NCBI GenBank assembly: GCA_964016885.1
Contig: OZ024745.1
Coordinates: 55,552,001-55,616,000, forward strand
DNA: 64,000 bases
Direction: 5' to 3'
Source of the DNA: Eledone cirrhosa
Taxonomy: Eukaryota
Shown here: positions 43,342-56,272 of the stretch, piece by piece
Position numbering within the stretch: position 1 is the first letter of the stretch
Layout of the letters: every line of letters starts with the position of its first letter
Translations under genes and position numbers: made by a program
The notes under the pieces: model-generated
Databases searched by the model: none
What the model saw: the letters and a program-made list of their open reading frames with translations, nothing else
What the model was told of the DNA's origin: nothing

Positions 43342-46300
43342 CTAGCAGCTGAACACGGTTGCACTCGGGGCTACTCGGGGCCACTTTTTATTAAGTTAAT
43401 AAGTTGAGGGACGACGTGAAGAGAGTGGTTTGACAGAGAGACGTTCGGTACAGTAGGGTTCAAAGATGTTATTGCAGGGCTTCTTTGTAGACAACGTTCC
43501 TGGTGTTGCCCGGGTTACCACAAATGAAAAGATTGTGTGGACTGCCGACGCGGGAGCATCCCACGTATAGTTGACCATGGGAAAATACCTGCTGTGTTCG
43601 ATTTCGGTCAACCACTTGCAGCGATTGTCCTTGTGCTTTCTTAATGCTCATTGCAAAGGCGAGTTTTATGGGAAACTGCCGTCGTGTAAATTCATAGGGG
43701 ACGTCAGAGGGACTAAGGCTCATAGGGTAATTAACCTGGTCACGCCAGCAGCGGGTCCGCTGAAAATGGTTGTGTCCAGAATTTGCGTCCTTATTTTTTT
43801 TATGATTAAACGCATTCCGTTGCATAGTTCTGGTGCATCCATGTTTCTCAGCAGCATAACTGGCACACCAACCTTCAGTTTCAGATCATGAGGAGGAAGT
43901 CCTGGAGGTAGTTGACTGTTGAGGAATTCAATTGGGTAGATGACGGCGTCGTCCGCGTTTTTATTGGTGTCAATTGACTTGAAGGAGACTTCATGTCCGG
44001 TAATCTGATCGAGTAGTATTTGGTTTATCACGTCAACAGTGGCATTGTGTGGTGCCAAAATAGCTCTCCCTTTCAGCCCGGTGTGATCATGGAATCGTGA
44101 TTCAAGGTCTGGAAATACAGATGACATTAATTCGTCAATGTTTGACACAAAGTTCCCAAAAGGCAAACGGATATGCTCTTCATCCACTCCAGGTGTAGTT
44201 CCATTACCAAATTCCAGTAGATGTTTTCAGAAATCGATGGACTCTGCGTCACCATGCACATGCACTCTCATGTTGGTAGTCAGATGTAGTTTGTGGACAT
44301 ACTGCCATACATAGGACGACTTGATGCATGCGTTCACTTCATCAGCTCTAGTGCCTCTAGTGATAACAGAAAGAGTCTGTCGGAAATCCCCAGCGAGCAG
44401 TACTGTCGCTCCACCCATGACGCGTGAGTTCCGACGCAAGTCCTTGAGAGTTCGATTCAGAGCCTCAAAGGCCGCCTTGTGACTCATGGTAGCCTCGTCC
44501 CATATGATCAGGCAGCACTCAGAAAGAAGATGTGTTTTAGGGTCGCCACGATCTATTCTACATGTAGGATTCTCCTTCTTTGCAATGTCCAAAGGCAATT
44601 TGAATGCGGAGTGTGCCGTACGACCGCCATGTAACAGTGTCGCCGCAATACCACTGGAGGCGACCGCTAAAACAATCTGCTTGTCTTTTCGTAGCTTCGC
44701 AAGCAAAAGGTTGATGAGAAAAGTTTTTCCTGTTCCGCCAGAAGCATCCAGGAAAAATAGCGGTCCCTCATTTGAATTGACACTGGAGAGAATTCTGTCA
44801 TATGCTCGTCTCTGGTCATGCAAAAGTTTGGGTTCGTCCTGAGCTACCTGATATGTCATATCGTCAATGTTGTAATATAACTCACGTATGAACTCCACAT
44901 CTAAAGCACTGTGAGTGTATCGAGGTTGTGGCAAACCGAAATCAGATACACCGCCAACTCCAAGAGCTTTAATATAGTTGTCCATGTCGATGAGGGCCTC
45001 ATTGTATACCGCGTCGTTGAAAGCAAAGCCAGCCGCTGGATCTTCTGCTCGTAGTCTACGGAGGATGTCCTCTGACATGTTGTCCTTATGCGTTTCCCAA
45101 AGCTTAAGGAGCTCACCTATGCCGCAGAACAATAGCATTATGCAAAACAGACGTCTCATTTCTCGAGGCATCTTACATTCAGCAGCCTGTGTCAACGCTA
45201 CGTTCAGGTAGGCATTATCCTCGAGTAGCCCGCGCTTCACGCATGCATCCCTGTAACTGGAACAAATGTGGCCATTGAAAAATCTTAGGTCGGCGAATGT
45301 CTTGTGCCCTTTGATTTGATGCAGGAAAAAGCATTCTTGTTGCTTCGGATGAACATTGTACATGCGTCCGATGGCATTAATTCTGAAGACACCTACGCAA
45401 TCCTCAATTCTTTCCCCTTTGTCGCCGCCGATGGCACTTTTGTTCGCCAAGTGATGTAGGTAGGTACATCGACGTAAAAAAGAGTAACTGCAAACCTATT
45501 GGCAGAACATAGCTTAACAAATGCTGTAAGCGTCGTCTCAGGTGGTTGTTCGGCAGCAACCGATGCGGTTTCCTCAGTGAAATAAACGCATTGTCCATTC
45601 TCTAAGTGAACATCCAAGTTAACTGCTGGAGAACACCGGTGAATTTCAAGCCCCAAAATGCGCCAACCCGCCATATTGGACGAAATGTATTTTCCCATCA
45701 TGAACTTAGTAATTTCGTCTTTTGATTCTACGCCATCACTGAGGCCAACCACCGCCATGTCGCCGCCTTTGTTCATGAATTTTCAGATGTATGTAATGCT
45801 TTTAACAGATGTGCAGGAATCCACATTGATGTGAACATTAAACATTTTAGCAAGCAAAGGCACCACCCAGCTGTTGTCAATGTCGTATTCTTTCCCTTTC
45901 TTCTTAATCCTAGCCGAAATGCAGCCAACATCGGGAGCACGCCGCCGGTAGATTGGGTAGCCGTCAACCCCAGTGCAAGATTCCCTGGTGAAGGCTCTGG
46001 GGTAGTGTTTGGTGCACTTGTTCCCAAGCGAAAAATTAATGTCATTGTTTATGTATAATGAATTGAAAATGCTTCACTAAGAGATGGATATAAAAAGTAT
46101 TTTAGGTTAAATAGTATAGCGAGGTGTGTAGGCTACATACATACACACACACACACGACGCTCAGCTTTATATAAGTATCGCGTGTATGTGTGTATGTGT
46201 GTGTGTGTGTGTGTGCTATGCGAGCAAAGACAGATCAAAGATATATAACACGTTACTGAAAGTTAACTAAAGTTTGATGGTCCCCCTCTCTCTCTCTCTC

Positions 46301-46709
46301 TCTCTCCCTCTCTCTCTCTCTCTCTGAATATCTAACACTTTAATTGTATCTCTCTCTGTCTAACGGCCTATTTCTCTCTGCAATGTTGTCATTTAGGGAG
46401 TGAAGAGTTACAGAGAGAGTAAAGCAGTTAAATTATAGAGAGGGGGAATTATCTATTATAGAGAGAGAGGGAAGAGCGACGGAGAGAGTAAAGCTAAGAA
46501 ACTATAGAGAGGTAAATTCGATAGAAAAAGACCGTTTTGTTACCCTAGAGACCACATTTTTCAATTTAGAGAGCCCCAAGTAGACCTGTTCCTTCCTCGA
46601 CACCTTTTACATTAATGTGTACATTTGTATGACAATCAGAGCATTGGTACTACCCTTTTGCCTATATCAGACAATTTTCGCCCATTTCACATTTATATAA
46701 TAGAGTAGA
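43342..46709 (-). mobile_element. Helitron with both termini, internally deleted
   Basis: The minus strand starts A|TCTACTCTATTATATAAA at 46709 and ends CCCGAGTGCAACCGTGTTCAGCTG-CTAG|T at 43342, an A^T target with no TSD. RepHel remains lie inside. Confidence 0.88.
43469..46020 (-). pseudogene. Helitron RepHel: end of Rep domain + Pif1-family SF1 helicase (frameshifted)
   Basis: NKGGD..DEI..GKYISS..WRI..HLENGQ; DASGGTGKT, IIWDEATM, LAGDFRQ, LTTNMR, RAILAP.N, LKVGVPVMLLRN..LCNG.R, RRQFPIKLAFAMS..KAQGQS, FSHGQLYV.CSRV. Confidence 0.95.
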
Positions 46710-47071
46710 TTGTCATAGCTTACTAGCTCTATACAGGCATATAATTGATTAAATAAATGAATAAATAAATAAATACAAAAGAGCATTGATTCTTCAGACG
46801 TGTTCATAATTTCCAACATCCTGTTTCATTAAAAGAAAACTTTTGAACGAAATATGTCGTGAAAATTATTATAAACATCATGATAACAAGATTAAATTTT
46901 TCGGTGTAATATAACAATTTTAGTGAAAGTGAACTTAATTGTGGGGTAGTTTAATTAAATATACGAAAGAATATTTAGTTAGATTACTTGAAAGCTAATG
47001 TAATTAGAGTTATTATATAAATATATAAATGCATATATACAGAGGAACAGACATATACATACAAGGATTTA

Positions 47072-47102
<31 letters not shown>

Positions 47103-47104
47103 GT

Positions 47105-47179
<75 letters not shown>

Positions 47180-47595
47180 TGTCAGTGTGCTTGTCAGTGT
47201 GCCTGTGTGTTTGTCTGTAAATGAGTGTGTAAATGTGTCCGTATTTTATAGATGCGAGTTTATTTAAGTGATTTTAGGGATAAGATATATTAAGTAATTG
47301 CCCTTCGTTTGATTTTGTGAGGCAATGTCAATGTAGACATTGACATTGAATCGAAAAATGTCCAAATCAAAGATGACTTATTCCAAAACTCGATAGAGAA
47401 ATTAAAAGAAAAAAAACAAGGTCAGTAGTCTTCACACACACACAGACGCACTTACATATGCATATAAGAAGCAAGCGATAGAAGTGGAAGCTGTGTTGCA
47501 ATTGTTAACAGTGCTGATGGTTGGGTGGTGGGTGAAGATTAATGAGGATGATTGAGATGAGGTAGCGTATAAACAGCCCAACAACATCGTATATA

Positions 47596-47701
47596 TAGAT
47601 CGTGTCCCAAAAATATATACACACTTCAACAGCATTCTAAATATCGTCTGGCCTGTACAGGTAATCAAAGTATGTATACATTTTGGGGGGGACACCCTAT
47701 A
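47596..47701. mobile_element. Tc1/mariner-type MITE relic
   Basis: Imperfect TIRs GTGTCCCAAAAATATATACACACTT and (reverse complement) GGGTGTCCC..AAAATGTATACATACTT, with TA flanks. Confidence 0.5.
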
Positions 47702-48436
47702 TATATATATATTTATATATATATTTATATATATATATAACGAAAAATCAGAGATTGTGTGCTTGTCTTAAATTTAATACAGCCTAATCGACGCATAATG
47801 GAATAATACTCTGAAAGGAATTTGCCCCTGAAATGGGAATACAAATGGGATAAAACAAGTTTTGCGTAAATCAGAGCATGAATGAAAGAAATAGTGGTTG
47901 TGAAAGAGTAGATTAAAATAGAGACATTGAGAGAGAGAGAGAGAAGGAGACGGAAAAGGAAAATTGAACAGAGAGAGAGAGAGAGAGATGGTGGTGTTGT
48001 TGATAGAAATTATAACATGTGGCTTCAAGGAATCAAATACAGAACATAGCTTACTCTCTATCACTCTCGTAATTTCCACTCTCTCACTAGCCGACCAAAT
48101 TATCGCCCCTCACTACATGCCACTACATAATTCACTCTCTATCGGTTTCATAATCACCCCCACTCTAACTAAACCACCAAACTCTCTCTCGCAGGAGATA
48201 GAGAACGAAATTGGAAGCGAGTGAGTGAGAGAGACAGAGAGAGAGGGGGAAGAGATGGTGACTTCAACGTATCGAATACAGCATTACTGTATCTAGTTAT
48301 TATGTTGTGACTGAATATGACGTAATATGTATCATATAACATGTATTAGAGATGATGTCTGTAGCAAATATTTTCTGCTAAATAGGAAGGGATTCCAAGT
48401 TTGTATATGTTTGTATATGTGTGTATTGTATGTGTT

Positions 48437-48500
<64 letters not shown>

Positions 48501-48537
48501 AACACACACACACACATATATATTTATATATATATAA

Positions 48538-48712
48538 CGAAGGAAATGTGGTAAGGAACCAGGTGGACCATAACGCACCAAAGTACTCAATACTTAGGGT
48601 AGTAGAGTGGGTAATAGGAACGAGTAGGACCCCGACGGCTGAGCTCAAGCCGTTTCGACGGCTAATTCTGGACTCAGTCCAGAATTAGACGTTGGGGTCC
48701 TACTCGTTGCTA
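48538..48712 (-). mobile_element. Fold-back solo pLTR with the 3' half of an HHR (family G)
   Basis: Minus strand GAAA-CGGCT-TGAGCTC-AGCCG-TC within nested inverted repeats. A related copy lies at 61119-61200. Confidence 0.65.
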
Positions 48713-48761
48713 TATATATATATATATATATATATACATACATACTTACATACATACATAC

Positions 48762-48809
<48 letters not shown>

Positions 48810-48849
48810 GATATTAAACAAATGGAAACTATATTTATAAAACCATATT

Positions 48850-48915
48850 TATTTCGTTATATATATTTCTGGGATATCATATTAAAAATATGGTATGCCT
48901 TCCTCAGACAAAATA
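48850..48915 (-). ncRNA. Type I hammerhead ribozyme (family B)
   Basis: TATTTTGT-CTGAGGA-stem II-GAAA-TATATA-TA-ACGAAATA. Confidence 0.75.
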
Positions 48916-50259
48916 CAATACATAAGCTGTTTTATAAATAATTTTGTCATACCTTATAATAATGCAACTTCCATTTAAAAAGTTGATTTGGTAGTGAAAC
49001 TGTTATGACAGTTATATAGAAAGAAAAACGAAGATGAAAAGAAGAAGATGAAGAGATGTATGTAAATAAAAAAGAAGAAGATGAAGAGATGTATGTAAAG
49101 AAAAACAACAGAGCGAGATAGAGAGAGAAGGAGATATGGGAGAGAGAAATACATTGAGGAAGTGAAAAAATATAGTAGGCAGCTTTTGGACAGATGATCA
49201 TCGTATATGTGAGAGGTTAAGGAGGGAAGGGATACAGTTAAACTAGCCGACACATAAATCACGTCCAGTGTAGAGGAGAAAAAGAAAGAAAGATGATATG
49301 TTTAAAATATATTAAACATATATTATGTCTCATCCATTTGAATTATCAATTTTTATGAATTAGGTATTATAATGTCTATTATATCGTCTATTATCGATGT
49401 ACATAATTTTATCACTATATCCTGCTCTAGCTAACGCTTCATTATAATACTGGGCTTTTTCGTCAAAAATATTTTTATTGGAAGAGATTCTAGAGATACG
49501 TGTGTATATATGTATGTATTTAGGGTGGAATCTTTTGTAACGCAATGAAGATTTTCATGAAATATAAGAATCTGTGGAGCATATCACGTAAGTTCACATG
49601 TGTGTCTATAATTATCAACTTGAATTTGAGATAACCTTCTCTTTTCTCTTTTTTCTTTTTTCATGAGAATGCATATATACTTATGTTTGAAGTTTTATCT
49701 CTGATTTTGCTTATAGACCTAAGAATTTTTAAACTAAGCATGGGGTCATTTTTTTTCACACATTATGGATATGTGTCTCATTCATGAATACTGATATTTA
49801 CATTATAATACCTAATTCATAAAAATTGATAATTCAAATGGATGAGACATAATATATTTTTAATATATTTTAAACATATCATCTTTCTTTTTTTTTCTCC
49901 TCTACGCTGGACGTGATTTATGTGTCGGCTAGTTTAACTGTATCCCTTCCCTCCTTAACCACTCACATATACGATGATCATCTGTCCAAAAGCTGCCTAC
50001 TATATTTTTTCACTTCCTCAATGTATTTCTCTCTCCAATATCTCCTTCTCTCTCTATCTCGCTCTGTTGTTTTTCTTTACATACATCTCTTCATCTTCTT
50101 CTTTTTTATTTACATACATCTCTTCATCTTCTTCTTTTCATCTTCGTTTTTCTTTCTATATAACTGTCATAACAGTTTCACTACCAAATCAACTTTTTAA
50201 ATGAAAATTGCATTATTATAAGGTATGTCAAAATTATTTATAAAACAGCTTATGTATTG

Positions 50260-50325
50260 TATTTTGTCTGAGGAAGGCATACCATATTTTTAATATGATA
50301 TCCCAGAAATATATATGACGAAATA
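50260..50325 (+). ncRNA. Hammerhead motif (family B), cleavage site mutated to UG
   Basis: CTGAGGA at 50268, GAAA at 50306, then TATATA-TG-ACGAAATA. Confidence 0.7.
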
Positions 50326-50453
50326 AATATGGTTTTATAAATATAGTTTCCATTTGTTTAATATCGTAAACCTACTCCAGAAACTGTTGAGTGCTTTTAT
50401 ATCAGTTATAAAATATTTACTCGTTGTAACCCAACAATTTTAAATAAAACTTT

Positions 50454-50820
<367 letters not shown>

Positions 50821-51051
50821 CTATATTTATAAAACCATATTTATTTCATTATATATATTTCAGGGATATCATATTAAAAATATGGTATGCCTTCTTCAGA
50901 CAAAATACAATATAATGAAATAAATATGGTTTTATAAATATAGTTTCCATTTATTTAACATCGTAAATATACTTCAAATACTTGTTGAGTACTTTTATAT
51001 CAGTTATAAATATTTACTCGTTGTAACCCAACAATTTAAATAAAACTTTGC
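50821..51051. mobile_element. Family B fold-back solo pLTR with HHR (minus strand, 50842-50907)
   Basis: 50821-50853 pairs with 50911-50943. CTGAAGA..GAAA-TATATA-TA lies on the minus strand. The tail ends in (TA)n. Confidence 0.8.
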
Positions 51052-51099
51052 ATATATATATATATATATATAAGTGGTTACACAACAGTTAGTTCATAC

Positions 51100-51137
51100 C
51101 GAAAACAATTGTTTCACCTTAGCGGATCCTCAGCTCA
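51100..51137 (-). ncRNA. Minimal hammerhead ribozyme (family E)
   Basis: TGAG-CTGAGGA-TCCGCTAAGGT-GAAA-CAATTG-TT-TTCG (stem I kept by G-U pairs). Confidence 0.8.
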
Positions 51138-52219
51138 TAATGGACATGGTTATACGGAACAGGTAGGACAACCGTACGAACGCGCATGTGCAGAAACAAT
51201 CACCTCACACAGGCAATATTAAAATGCGTGCTAGAGGTGTAAGGGAGATAACTGCGAAAGTCCGAAAAATTTCTAGTTGATAAGGAAATTAGGTTGTTGT
51301 TTTAATTCAATCCGGATCTTTGTAGTTACCAAAGAGGTGTTTCGAGACGTGTGGACGACGTGTGTAGAATTAATTTCGTGTGATTAGGCAATCACTATTG
51401 CATAATCTCTTTAGAATATTTATTCGTTCATCAATACATAGTCCACGACGAATTTTTCCTTGCATATGGTTTGTACCTAGCGATGACTTTCCATTGAATG
51501 GAGTAGTCTATACTTGAGTCCTTGAGGGACCATACGTGGCTCATGAGTTTCGTGGATGAACGTCTGTCCGCGTCTGTCCGCGTCTGTCCCCGTACCTAAA
51601 GGTAGACTGGTGGTTCAGGACCCCCTGTGGTTGACTTGGTCGGTTGGAAGTGACCACAGCTTCATAAACTACAGCGGGTGTACTACATTGTTGTTGAAGG
51701 GGACAGTCTTCCGGCTTACGGCAACGGCACCCTGGTAGGGTCTTGCTCTTAGGGCTGTAGGTGATGTGGACCTTCATGTTCTTAGCCCAGGAGTATCCTA
51801 GTTTTACTTTGTGTCGGTTAAAGATGGAGCGGTATTTATGACATATGGGAAAGTGTTTATCTCATAGGGCTAGAATTGTTTGGCCTACATTGGTTTTAAC
51901 GTTGAGTGAGAAGGGAGGAGAGAACCAGATAGTTTGTCTATTGTTACGCTTTCTTTTCCTATTCCTGTTGTTGATAGTGGGAGCGTAAGTAATAGGTTGC
52001 GAGAAGCCGCTGTTAGCTAACGCCGTTTTATAGTAGGGGACCGCCCTGTCAAAGATAGCCTTATTGGAGGAGAGGTTTGAGATTCTAGTACTGATATTAT
52101 TTACGATGTTTCTAAAAACAGTGGGAGGTTGGCATGAGTCCTTGTGAATGTAATTGAGTTTTTCATTTAGCTTATGGAAGGGTCTGCATGTGTGTGTGTG
52201 TGCGAAGGTCTAAATTAAT

Positions 52220-52394
52220 TGTTTCTACTTTTGGCACAAGGCCAGCAATTACCCAGTGTATTACTGGTACTTTATTTTATCGACCCCGTAAGGATGAAAG
52301 GCAAAGTTAACCTCGGCGGGGTTTGAACTCAGATCATAAAGGGACGTAACTCTATGCTTCAAAGCATGGTGTCCGACTCTCTACCGATACTGCC
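52220..52394 (-). mobile_element. tRNA-derived SINE with 13-bp TSD
   Basis: TSD GGTCTAAATTAAT at 52207-52219 and 52395-52407. Confidence 0.93.
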
Positions 52395-52650
52395 GGTCTA
52401 AATTAATGTCTAAGAAAACTACGCTAGAGAGGTTGGTAGCTACTGTTATCTTAACTCATTGAAGGTAGAAGCTAAGTCTTTTTTCAACCGGTCGAGGTCA
52501 TGACCACTTTTATGGCTCGATAAGGTCAGTCCACGTCGCGGTATATTCCTGTGTGGAAGTCAGGGGATCTAACACGTAATATGTCTAAAATAAATAGGCC
52601 AACCAAGTCGCATACGTCAGCACTGTCAAACGATCCCATATATATATATA

Positions 52651-53185
52651 AATTATGAGTATATGCATGCAGATTGGAGCACTCGACGAAGTACGCAGGT
52701 TGGTTTTGTTACTCCGGAGTAATGTAAAATAAAATAATTAAGTCAAATATTTAAAATTTGGCTTCGTTTATTAAAGGTGTACTGGTATATATATTTCGGT
52801 GACAGCCATCCTTGGCTTTGAACTCTTCAAGAGAGTCCGAATTGGTGTGGTAGAGACAGGTACACATGTTGTTGAAGTGTTTAACTTCGTCAATACTCCG
52901 ATATGCCCAGTTCCTGGTTGGGTAACAAAAACAACCACAACAGATTGCCTTGCCTCAGAAATATTTCTATAGACTTTTGACTGAGGAATGTTCTCACAAC
53001 TGACCAATGGGGGGAGAGAGTGTCCTCTGACGCCGGAATTCGTTTGTTCGAATTCATATGATTCCAGTTCATCAGAGAAATAACAACCCAACCAGAAACT
53101 GGGCATATCGGAGTATTGATGGAGTTAGACACTTCAACGCCATGTGTACCTGTCTCTACCACACCAATTCGGACTGCCTGAAGAG
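52651..53185 (-). mobile_element. PLE-type pLTR with inverted 5' arm (family J)
   Basis: About 52825-52925 is inverted at about 53085-53185. HHR relic TTGAAGA..GAAA-TATATA-TA on the minus strand at about 52783-52835. Confidence 0.75.
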
Positions 53186-53426
53186 AGAATGTATGTGAGC
53201 CCGCGGAATGTAGGTCACTACATGTGTATACATATATAAATAAATATATACATTCACACACACATACACACATATACATACACATACATAAGAAAATACA
53301 GACAAAACAAATGCCTATAATCACTGCTTACACACAACTAAAACCGTAAACACATGCATAGAGCCAAATAAAGGTATAAAATAAACATAAACTCACAGAT
53401 ATGAGAACAAATACATAGAACCACAT

Positions 53427-53464
<38 letters not shown>

Positions 53465-53671
53465 GTATACACTCACATATACACATAAGTATATATATAA
53501 AAATATATCTATATATATACACACACACATACATACACACACACATACAAGCGTACACATACAAACATAAACACGCATATATACATATACACACACACAT
53601 TCATACACATACATATATATATATATATATACATACATATTTGTATATATTTGTGCGTGTGTGTATATATG

Positions 53672-53749
<78 letters not shown>

Positions 53750-53775
53750 CATATACACACATATATATACACACG

Positions 53776-53862
<87 letters not shown>

Positions 53863-53914
53863 TTATATATAAACCCCTTTTTTTCTTCTTCGCTCGTTGT
53901 TTCCTCAGCCTCGC

Positions 53915-53977
53915 TTTCATATTTCTGACGACTGAAAGCAGAATTATTTGCTTTCAAGAAACCACTGGTAAATGAAA
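53915..53977 (+). ncRNA. Type I hammerhead ribozyme (family H) in a solo pLTR (53872-54006)
   Basis: TTTCATATTT-CTGACGA-CTGAAAGCA..TGCTTTCAA-GAAA-CCACTGG-TA-AATGAAA. Confidence 0.75.
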
Positions 53978-54743
53978 TAATTATCTTATGTTGTTAATAC
54001 ATAACTATATATATATATATGTGTGAAGCCTCTGAAGCCGAGAATCATTCGGTTTCATAGACCGTACGGAATGACCAATTCTATCCAGTGGTGAACCATC
54101 AAAGCTAAATAAATAATGCTCCAGAAATGTTGAGCGCTTTCAGATGTAATAATGAACAGCGGCACTGATTCCAGTGTACAGCTATCGCCAGCATGGGACT
54201 GGCTGATCTACTTACCATTCGGATATTGGCTGCTCTGTGCTTTGTCTACCGCCCACCTGGTCTAATGCTGCTTCCCTGTCGGGAATATTCAGACTTCGAC
54301 AAAATTCTACGGATTATACTATAACCTGTATTGTATTGACTGAATTCTCAACCCTATACTTTAGGGCCTTTGTGATTCACACTGAATTCTGAGACTCGAA
54401 CATACAGTAGGTATCACCTGATAACATTCCAACTCTTCCATCCTCTATATCTATTTGTATTATCTAACTGCAACTTGATCTATATTGTATTTCCCCTGTG
54501 TTTTGATTTCTCCGATATGTTCTTATATACTTCCGTTTTACTCCATCACCACCCTAGCTATGACGGCGTTTTATTTATGTATTTTTACTTTATTAATGTA
54601 TTTTTATTAATATATTTTTACTTTATTAATGTATTTTTGTTAATATATTTTTATCTTTGTATCTGCTTTTATTTATTTATTTATTTTTGTTCCTTTTATT
54701 TAGGTTTTTACTCGCTTTACTCTCATTATGTACTTATCATTGT

Positions 54744-54806
54744 CGATAAAATAAAGTACCAGTAATGTACTGGGTAATTTCTGGCCTTGTGCCAATAGTA
54801 GAAACA
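54744..54806 (+). mobile_element. 5'-truncated SINE with 19-bp TSD
   Basis: TSD ATTATGTACTTATCATTGT at 54725-54743 and 54807-54825. Confidence 0.9.
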
Positions 54807-56022
54807 ATTATGTACTTATCATTGTACTCATTAGCACACGACACTAGAATATTACTCCCTGTACCCTTATATCTCCCCCTACATACTACTTATAACCCGG
54901 ACTAACTGGGGACTTAAATATAGTCTATTTGCGCATTTCATCGGGTTTTACCACTTTCAACCTCACATCACGGGTGCGAATATATAGTAATCGTTTGGTT
55001 ACACGCGATGATCCGACTGATGTGGTGGCTTTCCCGGCCGCGCGCCTGACGCTCTGGTGCATAAGCCTTCCTTGAGTGCTTGGAAAAATAAATTTCCCCT
55101 TCTTTCGGTAAATGAAATTACTCGGAGCGGAGGGTTCACCCCGGGGCCCGCCGCGCCGCCGGGTTAGACCGCCATATAGTACCTTTAAATTCTAGGCCTA
55201 ATCATAACTATTAGCTGTATCATGCCTCCCTCTACTGGCACGTAAACAAATCCCCGTCCTGTGTGAATTAATAGTGTTCGTTTGGTATAACGATGACCTG
55301 ACGTCGATGACAGACTTCCCGCTTACACACCCGAAGCCTAAGGCAGTTACATTCCTGGAGTACCCGGAAAAATTAATTTCCATCTCTTTCGCTAGACGAT
55401 ATCACTCGGAACGGCTGACACGTGGTTAGGAAGGGCTTGCCGGAGTCAGCAGTCGCCGCGTGTTAATGACTGCTAAACAAGGGCTTAATCTTTACTCTAT
55501 ATCCCCCCCCCCCTGAAAACTTATCGAGAATCTCTATAATACACTTAAACATTTTCATAAAATACTCTCTCTGTAAATTCTTTAACTAAATCTTGTAACC
55601 CAAATCTTAACATTTTTTTAATTTCTTAATTTTTTTAAATTTCATACTATAACTCTAAACATAATTTTAACGTTCCAATTTTCTGTTCACACATTATACC
55701 ATATAGACGCCCACTATATATGCCTTTGTTAATATATAGGTTCTTTGGAAAAACATTTTTCGTGGCAATTTCTAGCCTGATTGTAGCATGACCATAACGC
55801 TGACTTTTCTTCATTCTTTCTTTCTTCTTTTTACTCTTTGACAGAGAGGTAGTAGTACATTATAAGCTTTCGCCCCCTCACCAGATGGTCATAAGTAGAC
55901 CGAATAGCTAACACTTGAGGGCGACCGACTAAAGTAGAAGATGCTAGATGGTCGGTCGTCCTTTTGTCTATGATTTTCAGCCCCATGGATTTTATCTGTT
56001 ATATTCCTTTGTTATATTTCGA

Positions 56023-56080
56023 ATACCTGATGATATCACCGGATTCATACGGAACCCGGTCATTGAAATGATCATAGTAT
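56023..56080 (+). ncRNA. Type I hammerhead ribozyme
   Basis: ATAC-CTGATGA-stem II (ACCGG/CCGGT)-GAAA-TGATCA-TA-GTAT, then AATAAA. Predicted cleavage after A56076. Confidence 0.88.
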
Positions 56081-56272
56081 AATAAACCTTTCAAGGATTT
56101 ACACAAGTCCAGCCTCCTGTTATTTTATTATAATAATTAACTCCGTCCTCGCACCACCAACTACACATTGAAGACGGGTGAGCTGCATTACGTTGAGTAC
56201 TCTCCATAATATTACATCAAGGTTGACCATACGGAATGACCAATTCTATCCAATGGTGAACCAACAAACATA

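Larger units (their letters stand above)
48807..50456. mobile_element. Family B PLE derivative with about 570-bp inverted pLTRs
   Basis: 48807-49375 is inverted at 49800-50368. The spacer holds the RT piece RISRISSNKNIFDEKAQYYNEALARAGY on the minus strand. The tail runs to 50456. Confidence 0.9.
51072..52639 (-). mobile_element. PLE family E (RT motifs to GIY-YIG + pLTR), interrupted by a SINE
   Basis: MGSFDSADVCDLVGLFIL..GIYRD and CRCRKPEDCPLQQQC..VVY. Paralog of 20905-22203. Confidence 0.9.

Noticed and set aside
43571-46058. Plus-strand ORFs over the Helitron (for example 44486-44842)
   Set aside because: They are antisense shadows of the RepHel coding region.
55050-55075. GGTGCATAAGCC as a twister ribozyme loop
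   Set aside because: The flanking P4 pairing and pseudoknot partners are absent.
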